Below, in pieces: positions 45,629-53,524 of a DNA stretch of 64,000 bases; position 1 is the first letter of the stretch, and each line of letters starts with the position of its first letter. Location: assembly GCA_944324865.1 (NCBI GenBank), contig CALUXW010000004.1, positions 7,378 to 71,377 on the forward strand, given 5' to 3'. Position numbers and translations under genes: made by a program. The stretch comes from Candidatus Gastranaerophilales bacterium. GTDB lineage: Bacteria; Cyanobacteriota; Vampirovibrionia; Gastranaerophilales; Gastranaerophilaceae. The notes beneath the pieces were generated by a model. That model was given only the letters and a program-made list of their open reading frames with translations, ran no database searches and had not been told where the DNA came from.

Positions 45629-47188
45629 CTACTTTGCAATTTCAGTAACTCTGGCTTCCCTGACAACAGTTACCCTAATTTGTCCGGGATACTCAAGTTC
45701 ATCCTCAATGCGTTTTGCAATGTCACGAGCTAATTTAGCACTTGCCGCGTCGTCAAATACATTGGGCTGAACTACAACCCTAACTTCACGACCTGCCTGA
45801 ACCGCAAAGGACTGTCTTATACCTTCATAACTACTTGCAATTTCTTCAAGCTTTTTAAGGCGTTTAATATAGATTTCAAGCGTATCTCTCCTTGCACCAG
45901 GTCTACCTGCACTTACAGTATCTGCAATTTTTACCAGTGCAGCAACCAAAGTGTGTGCTGGAACATCATCATGATGAGCTTCTATTGCATGTACGATTTC
46001 TTCTTTTTCACCGTATCTCCTAGCAAGTTCAACACCCAATGATATATGAGTGCCCTCCTGCTCTTGATCAACAGCTTTACCAATATCATGCAATAAGCCT
46101 GCACGCTTTGCCTGATTTGCATCTGCACCAAGTTCTGATGCAAGCATACCTGCAATTTGCGCTACTTCAATCGAATGTTTGAGCACATTTTGACCGTAGC
46201 TTGTTCTATAATATAAGCGTCCAAGAGTCTTGGTAAGCTCTTTGTTAAGGTTCATAATTCCAAGGTCATGCGCAGCGCGCTCACCTTCTTGTTTCATTTT
46301 ATTTTCAATTTCTTTTGTAGATTTTTCATAAACTTCTTCAATTCTAACAGGGTGAATTCTACCGTCTGCAATTAATTTTTCAATTGTCAATCTGGCAATT
46401 TCACGCCTTATTGGATCAAAAGAAGAAAGTACAACAGCCTCCGGCGTGTCATCAATAATTAAATCTACGCCTGTTAAAGTTTCCAAGGTTCTAATGTTTC
46501 TACCTTCACGACCTATTATTCTTCCTTTCATTTCATCGGAAGGAAGAGAAACGACAGAAACTGTTGATTCTATTACTTGTTCAATTGCACATCTTTGCAT
46601 AACTTGCGAAAGAATTTCCCTTGACTTTTCATCAGCAGCTTCTTTGATTTTTTGTTCATTTTCACGAATAAGCTGAACTTGCTCCTGCGCAAGCTCCACT
46701 TTAAGTTGTTCTAAAAGCATATTTTTAGCTTCTTCTCGTGACATTTGTGCAACACGCTCAAGTTCAGATAGTTGTTTTGCAACTATTTCCGCCAAATAAT
46801 CTTCTTTATCAAGCAATTCATCATACTTTTTATTAAGTTCATGCTCTTTATCAACATTTTTTTGAACTCTGTCTTCGAGCTGTTCCTCTTTTTTCATTAA
46901 AGAACTTTCAAGACGATTAATTTCAGAACGTCTTTCACGCACTTCATCATCAAATTTTTGACGCTCAAAATGAAGTTGTTCTTTTGCAGCAATCATAGCT
47001 TCTTTTTTCAAGAAACTTTCTTTTTCTTCAAATTCTTTTTGCAGTTTTTTTTCATTTTCGCCAAATACTTCGAGTTTTGTTTTTTGTCTTACGTTTAAAA
47101 TTACAGAAACTACCAGGGCTATTGTCAAAACTGCAACTGCTATATAAATAATGTAGTTAATTGTTCTGTACCTCTTATATATATCCAT
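45629..47188 (-). CDS. rny: ribonuclease Y
   Basis: N-terminal TM, coiled coil, KH domain (MKGRIIGREGRNIR) and HD domain (HSIEVAQIAG..LLHDIGKA). Confidence 0.95.
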   Translation of the reverse strand: MDIYKRYRTINYIIYIAVAVLTIALVVSVILNVRQKTKLEVFGENEKKLQKEFEEKESFLKKEAMIAAKEQLHFERQKFDDEVRERRSEINRLESSLMKKEEQLEDRVQKNVDKEHELNKKYDELLDKEDYLAEIVAKQLSELERVAQMSREEAKNMLLEQLKVELAQEQVQLIRENEQKIKEAADEKSREILSQVMQRCAIEQVIESTVSVVSLPSDEMKGRIIGREGRNIRTLETLTGVDLIIDDTPEAVVLSSFDPIRREIARLTIEKLIADGRIHPVRIEEVYEKSTKEIENKMKQEGERAAHDLGIMNLNKELTKTLGRLYYRTSYGQNVLKHSIEVAQIAGMLASELGADANQAKRAGLLHDIGKAVDQEQEGTHISLGVELARRYGEKEEIVHAIEAHHDDVPAHTLVAALVKIADTVSAGRPGARRDTLEIYIKRLKKLEEIASSYEGIRQSFAVQAGREVRVVVQPNVFDDAASAKLARDIAKRIEDELEYPGQIRVTVVREARVTEIAK

Positions 47189-47414
47189 TTTAAACAGGCA
47201 AACCCTGTTTAAACTATTTAATAAAATATTATCATGAATTTGTCAAATTTAACAGATTTTTTTTAAAAAGAGTTTTTCGCAATGAAAATACCAATCAAAC
47301 AGATGATTTTTAAACCAAACATTTTATTTTTTAACTAAAAATTCGCTATTATAAGTATAGACTTTTAAATAAAAAATATTATATATATCATGGATAAATT
47401 GTGAAAGGAATAAA

Positions 47415-47651
47415 ATGCTGACAAATCTTGTATCAATGATAACAAAATCAATACAAACAACTCAAAGTAGTGCCGTAAACACAAAAAAAAGCTATAATCC
47501 TTTTGCACAAGACCAAAATCCTTTTTTGGGTTCGACTTTTAACTCATCAGAAAACTATGGAAAAAATACACCGGTAAGCGGGGGCTACTTCGCAGGATAC
47601 TACAATGGAAAACCAAACATTGTAGGCAGAAAGCTTTTTATCGAGGTTTAA
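47415..47651 (+). CDS. small hypothetical protein (78 aa), polar and G/Y/N-rich
   Basis: SD aaagga 5 nt upstream of the ATG. No motif recognised. Its stop overlaps the stop of the convergent gene (TTAA). Confidence 0.4.
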   Translation: MLTNLVSMITKSIQTTQSSAVNTKKSYNPFAQDQNPFLGSTFNSSENYGKNTPVSGGYFAGYYNGKPNIVGRKLFIEV

Positions 47652-48982
47652 CCCTTAAATGCAAATTTTTGAGCCATTTCAGTTTCTAATTTTTTAATAG
47701 CAGGATTTGTTGTTTCACCATTGTTTTTCTTCTTTCTGAGAACAATATTTAACATTGGTTGAAACACACCAATTGCCGTAGCGCCTATTAAAATGTTCAC
47801 TATTACTGAAACACCTTTTAAATTTTTTGTTTTTGAAAGAAATTTGTCTACATTTTTTGATTTACTCATTCCCTCAAACAAATCTCTTATATTCCTTGCA
47901 CTTATCTGCACATCTTTGGTGTTGATATAACCAAGTGCATTTGATATATTTTTACCTTTTTGCAAAGGTATTTTACCTGAAATTTTAAGCATTTCAACGA
48001 GTGTGCTATTTTCATTATTAAATATATATTTTAAGACTTCATCCGGATTTTTTATATCTATGAAACTGTCAATCGATTCTTTCAAGCCTGGTGTATTTAA
48101 AAATTCTTTAAGATTTTTATGACTTAAAAGGCTGTATTCGTTTTTAATTGGAGCCTTAAAAAACTTATTACCTAAGAATTCAAGCCCATTTTGGATAGGA
48201 GTAGCAAGAAAATATATTAAAGCTATTTGGAAGAGTTCTTTAAAACCGACTTCAAATCTTTCACCCTTTCTTGCAAGTGCTAATCTTGTTGTCGTAATTC
48301 CACCATCCAAAATTTGCATATTTTTAACAGGATTGTACATATAACTTGCTAAAAATGAAGCAAGTGGGTTACCTTTAAAAGAAATATTTTTTTTACTTGT
48401 ATCAAACTTGCCAAAGGCAGGTTTAGAAGCAATATCATTATTTACTGCATTTTGCAGCTCTATTTTTTTTATAAATTTTTGTTCCAAATCCTTTTGTGTT
48501 GATTTTTGCTTATAAACAATTAAGCCGGCTAATGCAGCAAGTGGTATTCCTGTTGTAAAAATAAATCTTGATATATGTAGTTTTTTATATAATTTTTGCA
48601 CATTTTCATTATTTAAAATATTGCTAAGAGTCTGCTTTTGTATTGGATCTTTTACATTATGCAAAAGAGTTTCTAACCTATGAAGTTTTCCATTTGCATC
48701 TTTGCGCAAATTTCTTGTATCAAAAGAAGAATCTGCGTTAAAAAACTTATAAACAGTATTATTAAAAAGCTTTTTCAACAAGGGAATTCCAGCAATCCAC
48801 ACTACTTCCGTTCCAAATTCTTCAATTGCTCTTTCTTTTCCATCCTCCTTTGAAGCCTGTTTGTCATAAATATAAGTAATAGCGCAATTACTCAATGTAT
48901 CTTTTGCAGCTATGGGTATGACAGAATCACCATTTTTACTTAATTGTTGTATAAATTTTGTTGCAATGCTTAAATTCGACAT
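47648..48982 (-). CDS. hypothetical membrane protein, family member C (internal ISFKG motif)
   Basis: 444 aa with four or more TM segments. The C-terminal QPMLNIVLRKKK tail parallels MPHLLNVLFGKRK of member A. TATAAT and gaggga SD lie upstream. Confidence 0.65.
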   Translation of the reverse strand: MSNLSIATKFIQQLSKNGDSVIPIAAKDTLSNCAITYIYDKQASKEDGKERAIEEFGTEVVWIAGIPLLKKLFNNTVYKFFNADSSFDTRNLRKDANGKLHRLETLLHNVKDPIQKQTLSNILNNENVQKLYKKLHISRFIFTTGIPLAALAGLIVYKQKSTQKDLEQKFIKKIELQNAVNNDIASKPAFGKFDTSKKNISFKGNPLASFLASYMYNPVKNMQILDGGITTTRLALARKGERFEVGFKELFQIALIYFLATPIQNGLEFLGNKFFKAPIKNEYSLLSHKNLKEFLNTPGLKESIDSFIDIKNPDEVLKYIFNNENSTLVEMLKISGKIPLQKGKNISNALGYINTKDVQISARNIRDLFEGMSKSKNVDKFLSKTKNLKGVSVIVNILIGATAIGVFQPMLNIVLRKKKNNGETTNPAIKKLETEMAQKFAFKG

Positions 48983-49153
48983 TCTTCCCTCTTACAAATT
49001 ATTATAGACCCCAAATAAGGTTCATAAATTCTTGAACCCTTTTATTAATTTGTAAAGTGTATCGCATATTTTTCATATATTTTCCTTCACTTTTTTATAA
49101 CACAAATAAAAATTTTTTTTGCTGAATTTAAAAATATATTTTACATTTTTAAA

Positions 49154-49181
49154 CTAAAAAAGCCACAGTTAAATGTGGCTC
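49154..49181 (-). terminator. Rho-independent terminator (minus strand) after the 26-codon mini-gene
   Basis: agccaca (49161-49167) pairs with tgtggct (49174-49180) across a 6-nt loop. On the minus strand it is followed by TTTTT (complement of 49156-49160). Confidence 0.55.
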
Positions 49182-49204
49182 TTTGATTTCATATTTAATT
49201 TTAT

Positions 49205-49285
49205 TTAATCAATACGAACGTAAACACGAGCCTCAGCAAACTTAAAAAAACTACGTCGCAATAATTCAAATAGAGTTTCTAACAT
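49205..49285 (-). CDS. candidate 26-aa small protein (MLETLFELLRRSFFKFAEARVYVRID)
   Basis: ATG at 49285-49283 with gaagg 8 nt upstream, TAA at 49207-49205, then the terminator 24 nt downstream. A promoter-like element lies upstream. Not in the ORF track. Confidence 0.3.
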   Translation of the reverse strand: MLETLFELLRRSFFKFAEARVYVRID

Positions 49286-49316
49286 GTAAAGTACCTTCTT
49301 TTATTAAAGCTTAAAT

Positions 49317-49345
49317 ATTTTACACCTAAAAAAAATTTTTGTCCA
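49317..49345 (-). promoter_or_regulatory. candidate promoter of the mini-gene (TGGACA-N17-TAAAAT)
   Basis: Minus strand: TGGACA (49345-49340), 17-nt spacer ending tg, TAAAAT (49322-49317). Confidence 0.35.
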
Positions 49346-49425
49346 GACATGTATATATTTTTTATCTATTGAATAAATTTATACACAACAATTTGTTTAA
49401 CATACGTTACAATATATTAAGAAAT

Positions 49426-49454
49426 TTGCATAGTATATTTTTTTATGTAATAAT
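49426..49454 (+). promoter_or_regulatory. candidate promoter (TTGCAT-N17 incl. TG-AATAAT) driving a short transcript
   Basis: ttgcat at 49426-49431, tg at 49446-49447, aataat at 49449-49454. Confidence 0.35.
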
Positions 49455-49460
49455 GACTAA

Positions 49461-49526
49461 TGTTAATAGTCTAACCATTCCTTTCTTGACTTATGCGATT
49501 TGAAAATCAAATCGCATTTTATTTTA
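49461..49526 (+). ncRNA. candidate ~65-nt small RNA or attenuated leader: CU-rich single-stranded stretch plus intrinsic terminator
   Basis: Predicted start is about 7 nt after the -10. ccattcctttctt lies at 49475-49487. The terminator is gcgatttga (49495-49503), aaa, tcaaatcgc (49507-49515), followed by attttatttta. Confidence 0.25.
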
Positions 49527-49582
49527 TATATACTTTTATTAAATATTTACCCGTCAAGTTTATTTCATAATATAATTATTTT

Positions 49583-50074
49583 ATGAGGATTTTAGGAATA
49601 GACCCGGGCATTGGAATAACCGGATATAGTATTATAGAAGCACAAGATGACCACTACAAGCTTATCTCTTGCGGTTCTATACAAACAAATAAAAACCTTG
49701 CTCATCAAAAAAGACTAGCAGAAATTTATCATGACATAAGACATATTTGCGCAACCTTTAATCCTCAAAGTGCCGCCATAGAACAACTTTTCTTTTTTAA
49801 AAACCAAAAAACAATTATCCCGGTTGCACAAGCACGCGGTGTAATTCTTGCAGCACTTGAAGAGTCAGGCATAGAAATTGGCGAATATACACCAATAGTG
49901 GTAAAACAAGTACTGACGGGTCATGGTAGAGCAACTAAAGATGAAGTAAAGTTTATGGTTGAAAAATATATTGAGTTAAATCCTGCTACAAAACTCGATG
50001 ATACAATAGACTCAATTGCAATAGGCATTTGTCATGCCAGAAATATGGAAATTAAAAACAGGGAGATTACATGA
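49583..50074 (+). CDS. ruvC: crossover junction endodeoxyribonuclease RuvC
   Basis: MRILGIDPGIGITGY, AIEQLFF and DDTIDSIAIGICH motifs. TATAAT (49571-49576) lies 6 nt upstream of the ATG. Confidence 0.9.
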   Translation: MRILGIDPGIGITGYSIIEAQDDHYKLISCGSIQTNKNLAHQKRLAEIYHDIRHICATFNPQSAAIEQLFFFKNQKTIIPVAQARGVILAALEESGIEIGEYTPIVVKQVLTGHGRATKDEVKFMVEKYIELNPATKLDDTIDSIAIGICHARNMEIKNREIT

Positions 50075-50544
50075 ACACACTGATAGTAAAAAAAGCAGCT
50101 TTTTATGCACTTATTTTGGGCGCAGCTCTTGCCATCGTCGGTATTATCAATTTTTTAATAGGTCTTGTGGCTTTTGCCCTTGGACTTTTATGTGCACCTG
50201 CAGTTATATTTTTTATGAAATCAAGAAATGAAATAGGATTTCTTGAAAGTCAACAAGGTGCAGCACTTGGAGCAATGATAGGATTTTGTTCAACAATTGC
50301 ATATTTTGCAATATTTACGCCCCTTGTACTTTTAATCCATGCAATAAAATCTTCCTATTATTCATACGGCTTACCCTACATTGTCAGCTTTGATACTTTT
50401 TGGCTTTTTCTTGTTATAGTTGTTACAATAGGAATTCTTGTAGCACTTACAAATGCCACAAGCGGTATGGGGGCAATATTTCTGCTTTCACAATTTGACA
50501 AAAAACCTGACGATATTGAAGAAATAGACATAAATATTGAGTAA
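50071..50544 (+). CDS. hypothetical four-TM membrane protein
   Basis: 157 aa and hydrophobic. ATGA overlap with ruvC. No motif recognised. Confidence 0.65.
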   Translation: MNTLIVKKAAFYALILGAALAIVGIINFLIGLVAFALGLLCAPAVIFFMKSRNEIGFLESQQGAALGAMIGFCSTIAYFAIFTPLVLLIHAIKSSYYSYGLPYIVSFDTFWLFLVIVVTIGILVALTNATSGMGAIFLLSQFDKKPDDIEEIDINIE

Positions 50545-50554
50545 AGGATAAAAA

Positions 50555-51613
50555 ATGAACGAATTTCATTCTAAAATTAAAACGGTCGAATGGATTAAAA
50601 CAGGTGAACTTGATGGCATTTCAAGAATGGTTGATCAAACTTTAATTCCCTATGAATATAAAAAAATTGATATAAAAACAACCGAACAAATGTATAATGC
50701 AATTAAAACAATGATAGTAAGAGGTGCACCTGCTATAGGAATTTCAGGAGCCCATGGAGCAGCCCTGTGTGCAATAGAACTACTAAAAAATAAAAAAGAA
50801 AATTTTATCGAAGAGTTAAAAAAAGGAATACATTACATAAACTCATCCAGGCCCACTGCCGTTAATTTAAGCTGGGCACTAAACGAACAACTGAAAATAG
50901 TAGAAAAAGGCGGTACAAAAGAAAAAATAACACAAGCACTGATTCAAAATGCAATAAAGCTTGAAAATGAAGATATTGAAATTAATAAAAAAATTGGTGA
51001 TTTTGGTGCACAAATCGTACCAAAAGGGGCAACAATTCTTACACATTGTAATGCCGGGGCACTTGCAACAGTTGGCTATGGAACAGCACTGGGAGTTGTA
51101 AGAAGTGCCTATGCAAAAGATAATACAGTTCAGGTTTTTGCGGACGAAACTCGCCCAAGACAACAAGGTGCCAGAATCACAACTTTTGAACTTGTCAAAG
51201 ACAACATACCCGTGACACTTATCACTGATGGTATGTGCTCATACTTTATGAAAAAAGGGATGATTGATGTTGTTATAACAGGTGCAGATAGAATTGCCGC
51301 AAATGGAGATAGTGCAAACAAAATTGGAACATATACTGTTGCAATAGCTGCAAAATACCATAATATACCTTTCTACATTGCAGCACCAAAATCAACTATT
51401 GATATGTCAATTAAAACAGGAGATGACATACCCATTGAATTAAGAGATGAAGAAGAAGTTACAACAATCAACGGTAAAAAAATCTGTGCCGAGGGAGTAA
51501 AAGTAATTAATCCAAGTTTTGATGTAACTCCAAACGAACTTATAACAGGCATTATAACAGAGTGTGGAATTTTTAAACCTGAGGAATTAAAAAAACTCTT
51601 TATGAAATCTTAA
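50555..51613 (+). CDS. mtnA: S-methyl-5-thioribose-1-phosphate isomerase (eIF-2B alpha/beta/delta family)
   Basis: VRGAPAIGI, SRPTAVNL, THCNAGALAT, ADETRPRQQGARIT, GADRIAANGD and NPSFDVTP motifs. Confidence 0.85.
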   Translation: MNEFHSKIKTVEWIKTGELDGISRMVDQTLIPYEYKKIDIKTTEQMYNAIKTMIVRGAPAIGISGAHGAALCAIELLKNKKENFIEELKKGIHYINSSRPTAVNLSWALNEQLKIVEKGGTKEKITQALIQNAIKLENEDIEINKKIGDFGAQIVPKGATILTHCNAGALATVGYGTALGVVRSAYAKDNTVQVFADETRPRQQGARITTFELVKDNIPVTLITDGMCSYFMKKGMIDVVITGADRIAANGDSANKIGTYTVAIAAKYHNIPFYIAAPKSTIDMSIKTGDDIPIELRDEEEVTTINGKKICAEGVKVINPSFDVTPNELITGIITECGIFKPEELKKLFMKS

Positions 51614-51673
51614 TTTGATTGAAAAATTTTTGTGTAATAAAATAGCTAAATTACAAACTAAAGGAATTGTTTT

Positions 51674-53524
51674 ATGTGCGGAATAGTAGGGTATGTAGGT
51701 AATAAAAAAGCAAGTGAGGTTTTATTAAAAGGGCTTTCTTATCTTGAATACAGAGGCTACGATTCATCAGGCGTTGCACTTATGACAAAAAATAAAATTG
51801 AAATTTTTAAAGCTCCGGGCAAACTAAATAATTTGCGCGAGGTATTAAACACACAACAAAATATTTGCAACAAATCAACTATGGGCATAGGTCACATTCG
51901 TTGGGCAACACATGGGCTCCCGACAGAGCTAAATGCTCATCCGCACACTTGTAACTGTGGCAGCCTTGTTGTAGTACATAATGGTATTATTGAAAATTAT
52001 AAAGAATTAAAAACTGAACTTGAAAAGTATGGCTGCGAATTTAAATCACAAACTGACTCTGAAGTTGCGGCACACTTAATAGCGCATGAATTTTCAAAAT
52101 GTAAAGACTTATTAAAAGCAATGACAAATGCTGTAAAAAAAATTCAGGGTGCTTATGCTTTTTGCGCCATGCATAAAACTTTGCAAGATAAAATTGTGGT
52201 TGCAAGAAAAAATGCTCCACTAATTATTGGCGTAGGTGAAGGTGAAAATTTTATTGCAAGTGACATACCAGCTATTATAGAATATACAAAAAAAGCAATT
52301 TATTTAAATGACAATCAGGTAGCAGAAATTAAAAAAGATTCCATTAAAATTACCAATTTAGAAGGAAATATTCTTGAAAACAAAGTTGAAATGCTACCCT
52401 TTGAACCTGTTGCATTATCCAAAATGGGCTTTAAACATTATATGCTCAAAGAAATCCATGAGCAAAGTGATGTTGCAAGAAATGTTCTAAGTGGAAAACT
52501 AAAAGATGCAAAATCTCCAATAATATTGGAAGATGTAAAATTAGACATAAGTGATTTAAAAAATATTAACAGAATACAAATTATAGCTTGTGGCACATCT
52601 TTACATGCAGGACTTGTAGGAAAATATATTTTTGAAAAATTTACAAAAATTCCAACCGATGTTGAGGCATCCAGTGAATATATATATAGAGATACAATAG
52701 CAGATAAAAATACTCTTGTAATAGGCATCTCTCAATCAGGTGAAACAGCTGATACGATAACCGCAATAAAACAGGTAAAACAAAAAGGATCCCATGTTTT
52801 AATTATTACTAATCGTCCTGATAGCACAATGGCTCGCCTGGCAGACAGCTTGTTACCTGTAAATGCAGGTATCGAAGTCTCTGTTGCTGCTACAAAATCT
52901 TACACAGCTCAACTTTTATCATTATATCTGCTTACAATATATATAACACAAATTATTAATGAAAAAAGTACAACTGATAGAGAGATAATCTCCCTAAAAC
53001 AAGAAATGCTTGAATTGCCAAACAAAATAGAATCCATTACAAATAGCACCGAAAACATCAAGGCAGTTGCAAAAAAATACTCGAGTTACAAAGATTTTAT
53101 CTTTATAGCGCGTGGAATAAATTTCCCAACAGCACTTGAAGGAGCCTTAAAACTAAAGGAAATAAGTTATATTAATGCTACCGGATACAGCGCAGGAGAG
53201 CTTAAACATGGGCCAATTGCAATGCTTGATGAAACAATGCCCGTACTTGCAATATTAAATAAAGGAATAGTTTATGATAAAGTAATGTCAAATTGTGAGG
53301 AAGCAAAGGCACGTCAGGCTAAATTAATAGGGGTTTCAAACTATATAGACAAAAAACATAAAGAATTATTTGATGATGTTTTATTAATTCCTGATATTTC
53401 AGATACATTATCACCAGCCTTAAACATAATTATATTGCAACTTTTAGCATATTATATAGCAGAATATCTTGGCAAAGATGTAGATCAGCCCAGAAATCTT
53501 GCAAAATCCGTAACTGTTGAGTAA
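51674..53524 (+). CDS. glmS: glutamine-fructose-6-phosphate aminotransferase
   Basis: MCGIVGY N-terminal nucleophile, two SIS domains (SQSGETADT), C-terminal KSVTVE. Confidence 0.95.
   Translation: MCGIVGYVGNKKASEVLLKGLSYLEYRGYDSSGVALMTKNKIEIFKAPGKLNNLREVLNTQQNICNKSTMGIGHIRWATHGLPTELNAHPHTCNCGSLVVVHNGIIENYKELKTELEKYGCEFKSQTDSEVAAHLIAHEFSKCKDLLKAMTNAVKKIQGAYAFCAMHKTLQDKIVVARKNAPLIIGVGEGENFIASDIPAIIEYTKKAIYLNDNQVAEIKKDSIKITNLEGNILENKVEMLPFEPVALSKMGFKHYMLKEIHEQSDVARNVLSGKLKDAKSPIILEDVKLDISDLKNINRIQIIACGTSLHAGLVGKYIFEKFTKIPTDVEASSEYIYRDTIADKNTLVIGISQSGETADTITAIKQVKQKGSHVLIITNRPDSTMARLADSLLPVNAGIEVSVAATKSYTAQLLSLYLLTIYITQIINEKSTTDREIISLKQEMLELPNKIESITNSTENIKAVAKKYSSYKDFIFIARGINFPTALEGALKLKEISYINATGYSAGELKHGPIAMLDETMPVLAILNKGIVYDKVMSNCEEAKARQAKLIGVSNYIDKKHKELFDDVLLIPDISDTLSPALNIIILQLLAYYIAEYLGKDVDQPRNLAKSVTVE

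Noticed and set aside
47233-47345. Short ORFs in the rny upstream spacer, for example MNLSNLTDFF and MKIPIKQMIFKPNILFFN.
   Set aside because: They have no SD, no terminator and AT-driven composition. They are indistinguishable from chance.
49379-49387. oriC in the 600-bp AT-rich spacer. It contains a near-consensus DnaA box, TTATACACA, and genes diverge from it: minus-strand genes from 34178-48982 and plus-strand genes from 49583-53524.
   Set aside because: I found only one 8/9 box by eye, with no cluster of boxes or obvious AT-rich 13-mer array. The spacer is better explained by the mini-gene, the candidate sRNA and promoters. A cumulative GC-skew analysis of the whole replicon would be needed to revisit this.
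51614-51673. glmS ribozyme upstream of glmS.
   Set aside because: The spacer is only 60 nt and AT-rich with a plain aaagga SD. That is too short, and it lacks the conserved core of the roughly 170-nt ribozyme.
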